From Balanoglossus misakiensis (Eukaryota; Animalia; Hemichordata): 64,000 bases of DNA. The stretch's first letter is position 1, and each line of letters starts with the position of its first letter. Location: assembly GCA_040954595.2 (NCBI GenBank), contig CM082579.2, positions 3,709,227 to 3,773,226 on the forward strand. The letters are read 5' to 3'. Positions 61,024 through 64,000 of the stretch are shown in pieces. The notes beneath the pieces were generated by a model, which worked only from the letters and a program-made list of their open reading frames with translations, was not told where the DNA came from and did not search any database. Position numbers and translations under genes: made by a program.

Positions 61024-64000
61024 TTAAATGAAGTGCATCCACACTTCTCATTTTGGTTTATAACAAAGTCAACTTTAACAATGCTTGTACGAAAACCATT
61101 CCTCCCCCTTATCACCTCAGTTGGTTTAGTCCGAATCCAGCTGACACTGACAAGAACACATTATATTTAATTGACTCGCACACACATTCCAGCTATGTTC
61201 AATTTCAAGTTGCAGGGCCATAGTTTCAATATCTCAACCTCATCAATTACATTAAATGGGTCAGAAATAAGGGGACCATTCCCAACCTAGAGAAAGTACA
61301 TCGGGATGCCGTCAAAACTGGTGTTGTGGAACCCATTTACGGAAACTAAGAATTCCATAAAAATGGCCTTATCCCATCTGAGTGAATCCATTAATCGTTT
61401 GGAAACAGTTTAGAGAACTATATATATCTGCAGAGTGTAAAGAAATCATCCACCTTATCCACCCCAAACAAAGAAGCAAATTCGGCACTGACAATGCAAA
61501 TTACTAATTTAGACGTTTGTCGACTGTCGACGGGAATTACAGCTCGGGTCCTCATGAATACTGCAGTCTGGAGGGAATACAACACGGAGTAAAATGACTC
61601 AAACAAAAGAATGTACTTTGCCCTTTGATCATCAATACTAGAAACTTGTCCAGCGGAGAGAGAGAAAAAGGTGAATTACTACTCTTCAATATTACAATGA
61701 ATATTTCAACACATGATGAAACAGTCTGAGAACAATAGTCGCACAATAAAATGGTTTTGTTAATAACGGAATTGAGCACTTGAACAAGAGAATTCTCTTT
61801 TCTCGCATTGTACACTGTTCAGTTCTGTTGCAATTGAAATTGTTTATTAATCCGGTGACTGCAGTCGTCTTTTTCAGGTGCTGTTTTCCATCAAGTATCT
61901 TTACTGACCATTACAAGTGATTAGTGGGATACAACGGCCATGGTGACGGGCATCATGTTTATATAAACAGATTAATTTCAATAGAAAATTTCTTAATGAG
62001 AATAGGGGAATGAAAAAATGTAAGAAAATTTGCAGATCACATTATAGTATAAGGAAGTGACTCATGAACACAAAGAGGATTTTATGTAAAAATTGTCAAG
62101 GATGCTTAATCTACATGTACATATGAGTGTCAAGAACAAGAACAATGTGGCCACCATATTGTCACCGTTACATGTTTGGCATGATTTTTCTGCGTTTCAG
62201 TGTCAGCTTTGTCAGACCCTCCAGTGATAAACGCTTTGATTGGTATTAGGTTGAACTCCATTTAGGTGCAAGAGTATATCTACTTTCCATAATTAGAAGT
62301 CAGTTGCTCTGAGGGTTTCTCGACGTTGGTGTGAGAGCTTCAGGTCGGAGGCCTGTTCCGCTCACAACCCATGTCGCTATACACGTGGTGTCCAACTCTG
62401 TTAAAACCCCTCCACTCGTAATAACGTCGGAGTAACTTACAGCCCCCTCGCTGTCTACATATTGCCTCCTGTTAAAACTAAGTCTATCTCAGCTGGGCAC
62501 GATCGGTAGCCTGGGGAAGGGGTTTGCTATGCGATGCCATGTTGGCTCATGTCCTCAGTTTGAGGGCATCAGTGTGTATGTGTACAGAGAACCAGACAGA
62601 GTTGGAAAATATAAGTGTCAGAGAGCTAGTCCACAGTTACATGTATGTGCTTGGTGAGATTTTTATCCATTTTGGTGATGATGGCCTTCTTATGCACAGA
62701 TTCAAAACTTTTGTGGTTTCTGTGGCACTGGTCCATTCTCAGTTCTTGCAACTGTTTCAGTACACAGATCCCTCACTCACCATTTTAGTTTCTGATATAT
62801 ACACATGTTCGTTTCCTGCCTTCAATCACATAAATTTCCAAATGACCTCTGAGAGTACCTCCACAGTTTCTCTTCTCCACACTAACTTGATCTCTGTCCA
62901 TATTATTTATTGACCTTGGTCAAGTCTATAGAGATCCAACTCAACCGAATTCCATTAAAACTCTCGTAATGAATATGAGTGTCTTAAGTAACAAGATCAA
63001 ATGCAAGGTTGGTATGTCCATCTGTTTGCAATAAGTATCAATGATCAAGTCCAACTGGAAAGTTGACGTATAGACTTGCCAGGGCATCCTTTTAATCATT
63101 GATATCAAGTTGATCAGCATTCTTTCTTGCCGGGTTCATTCATTGAGCAAACTGCAAACTGTCTCCTTTCGACTTTGCACCAGGAAGGTCTAGAGGGGAC
63201 CAAGCTTATATCCCAGAAAACTGACAGGAGAGTCGCGCTTGTATGGCTTCAGAAACAGCTTCCAATTTGAAATCAAGGGTACGGCGCTCCTTGACCCCGT
63301 GACCTTTGGCGGTGAAATGATGAAATCATGAATGAACAGGCTTCTGCTGCTATCAAAAGTGTCACTGAGAGTCAAAGAGCGCAAAAATCCATTGTTCAAA
63401 TTATACGATTTTTATGAAGCCCCAAAAGTGCTATCAAAATTTTGATACAGTTTAGTAGAGAAATGTATCTGTGCTAGAGGGACTTTTTACCCGGTTATTA
63501 AAGACAAGCCTGTAAAAGAGACAGATGATAATGACAAAAATAGGTACTACCCACTAAATTCAAATAAAACTGACTATCACATTCAGTCTGACTGTGTGGC
63601 AGATTACTTCTCCCAAGAAATAAATTACCAGCCTTGCCAATGTTGACGGGTCAAGTTCACTCTCATAAAACAGAGAGCAGATGTGTTTGATATCTGAGTC
63701 CTGACCCAAAGCCCGGTCTTGCAACAAGTAAAACCAACATACATAAGACTGTACAACAGTTGTATACACACAAACACACACATTCATTTTATATTCTCAC
63801 ATTTGCATTCACACCCTGACATTGGCATACTGTAATAGAGATAAATACAAGGTTGACAGTCTTAATTAATGAGCTTCTCACAAACTTCTTACACTAAACC
63901 TACCTAGGACACTCAATTAATTTTGCTACAACACACACAAGAGAGTCATTTGCCCGACATATTTAAACCTGGAGAAAAGTTCGCCTGAACTTTCAAATAT

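Noticed and set aside
62583-62591. TACAGAGAA (METTL16 target nonamer) in a window with a SAM-pathway gene
   Set aside because: It is antisense within a Dach intron, far from MAT2B and not in an evident hairpin; the motif belongs to MAT2A mRNA and U6 snRNA.
58103-64000. Dachshund DD1 (Ski/Sno) exon or another gene
   Set aside because: No ORF carries the DD1 signature; the region is treated as part of a large Dach intron.

Overview
AT-rich eukaryotic (animal) genomic DNA with spliceosomal introns. The gene set and sequence style suggest an invertebrate deuterostome such as a hemichordate or echinoderm (inference only). Four genes could be built exon by exon with consistent splice phases: (1) a delta-type protocadherin on the minus strand (3 coding exons, 15823->3025, ~1267 aa, 7 cadherin repeats in one giant exon); (2) MAT2B on the minus strand (5 coding exons, 33709->29177); (3) TMEM33 on the plus strand (7 coding exons, 38404->42782), head-to-head with MAT2B and containing a textbook U12 minor-spliceosome intron; (4) the 3' part of Dachshund on the minus strand (7 exons, 58102->46536; the DD1 exon lies beyond the window). 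Non-coding DNA contains small TTAA-flanked MITEs (piggyBac- and Kolobok-like), microsatellites, several RFX X-boxes, an excess of TACATGTA and a degenerate ~30-bp array of palindromic repeats at 25.5-25.8 kb. No rRNA, tRNA, CRISPR-Cas or autonomous transposase was seen. The most notable points are the mosaic delta1/delta2 protocadherin, the Pcdh-MAT2B-TMEM33-Dach linkage matching the human 4/5/13/X paralogon, a MAT2B lacking the MAT2A-docking tail, and the palindromic array. I found no clearly new biological system.
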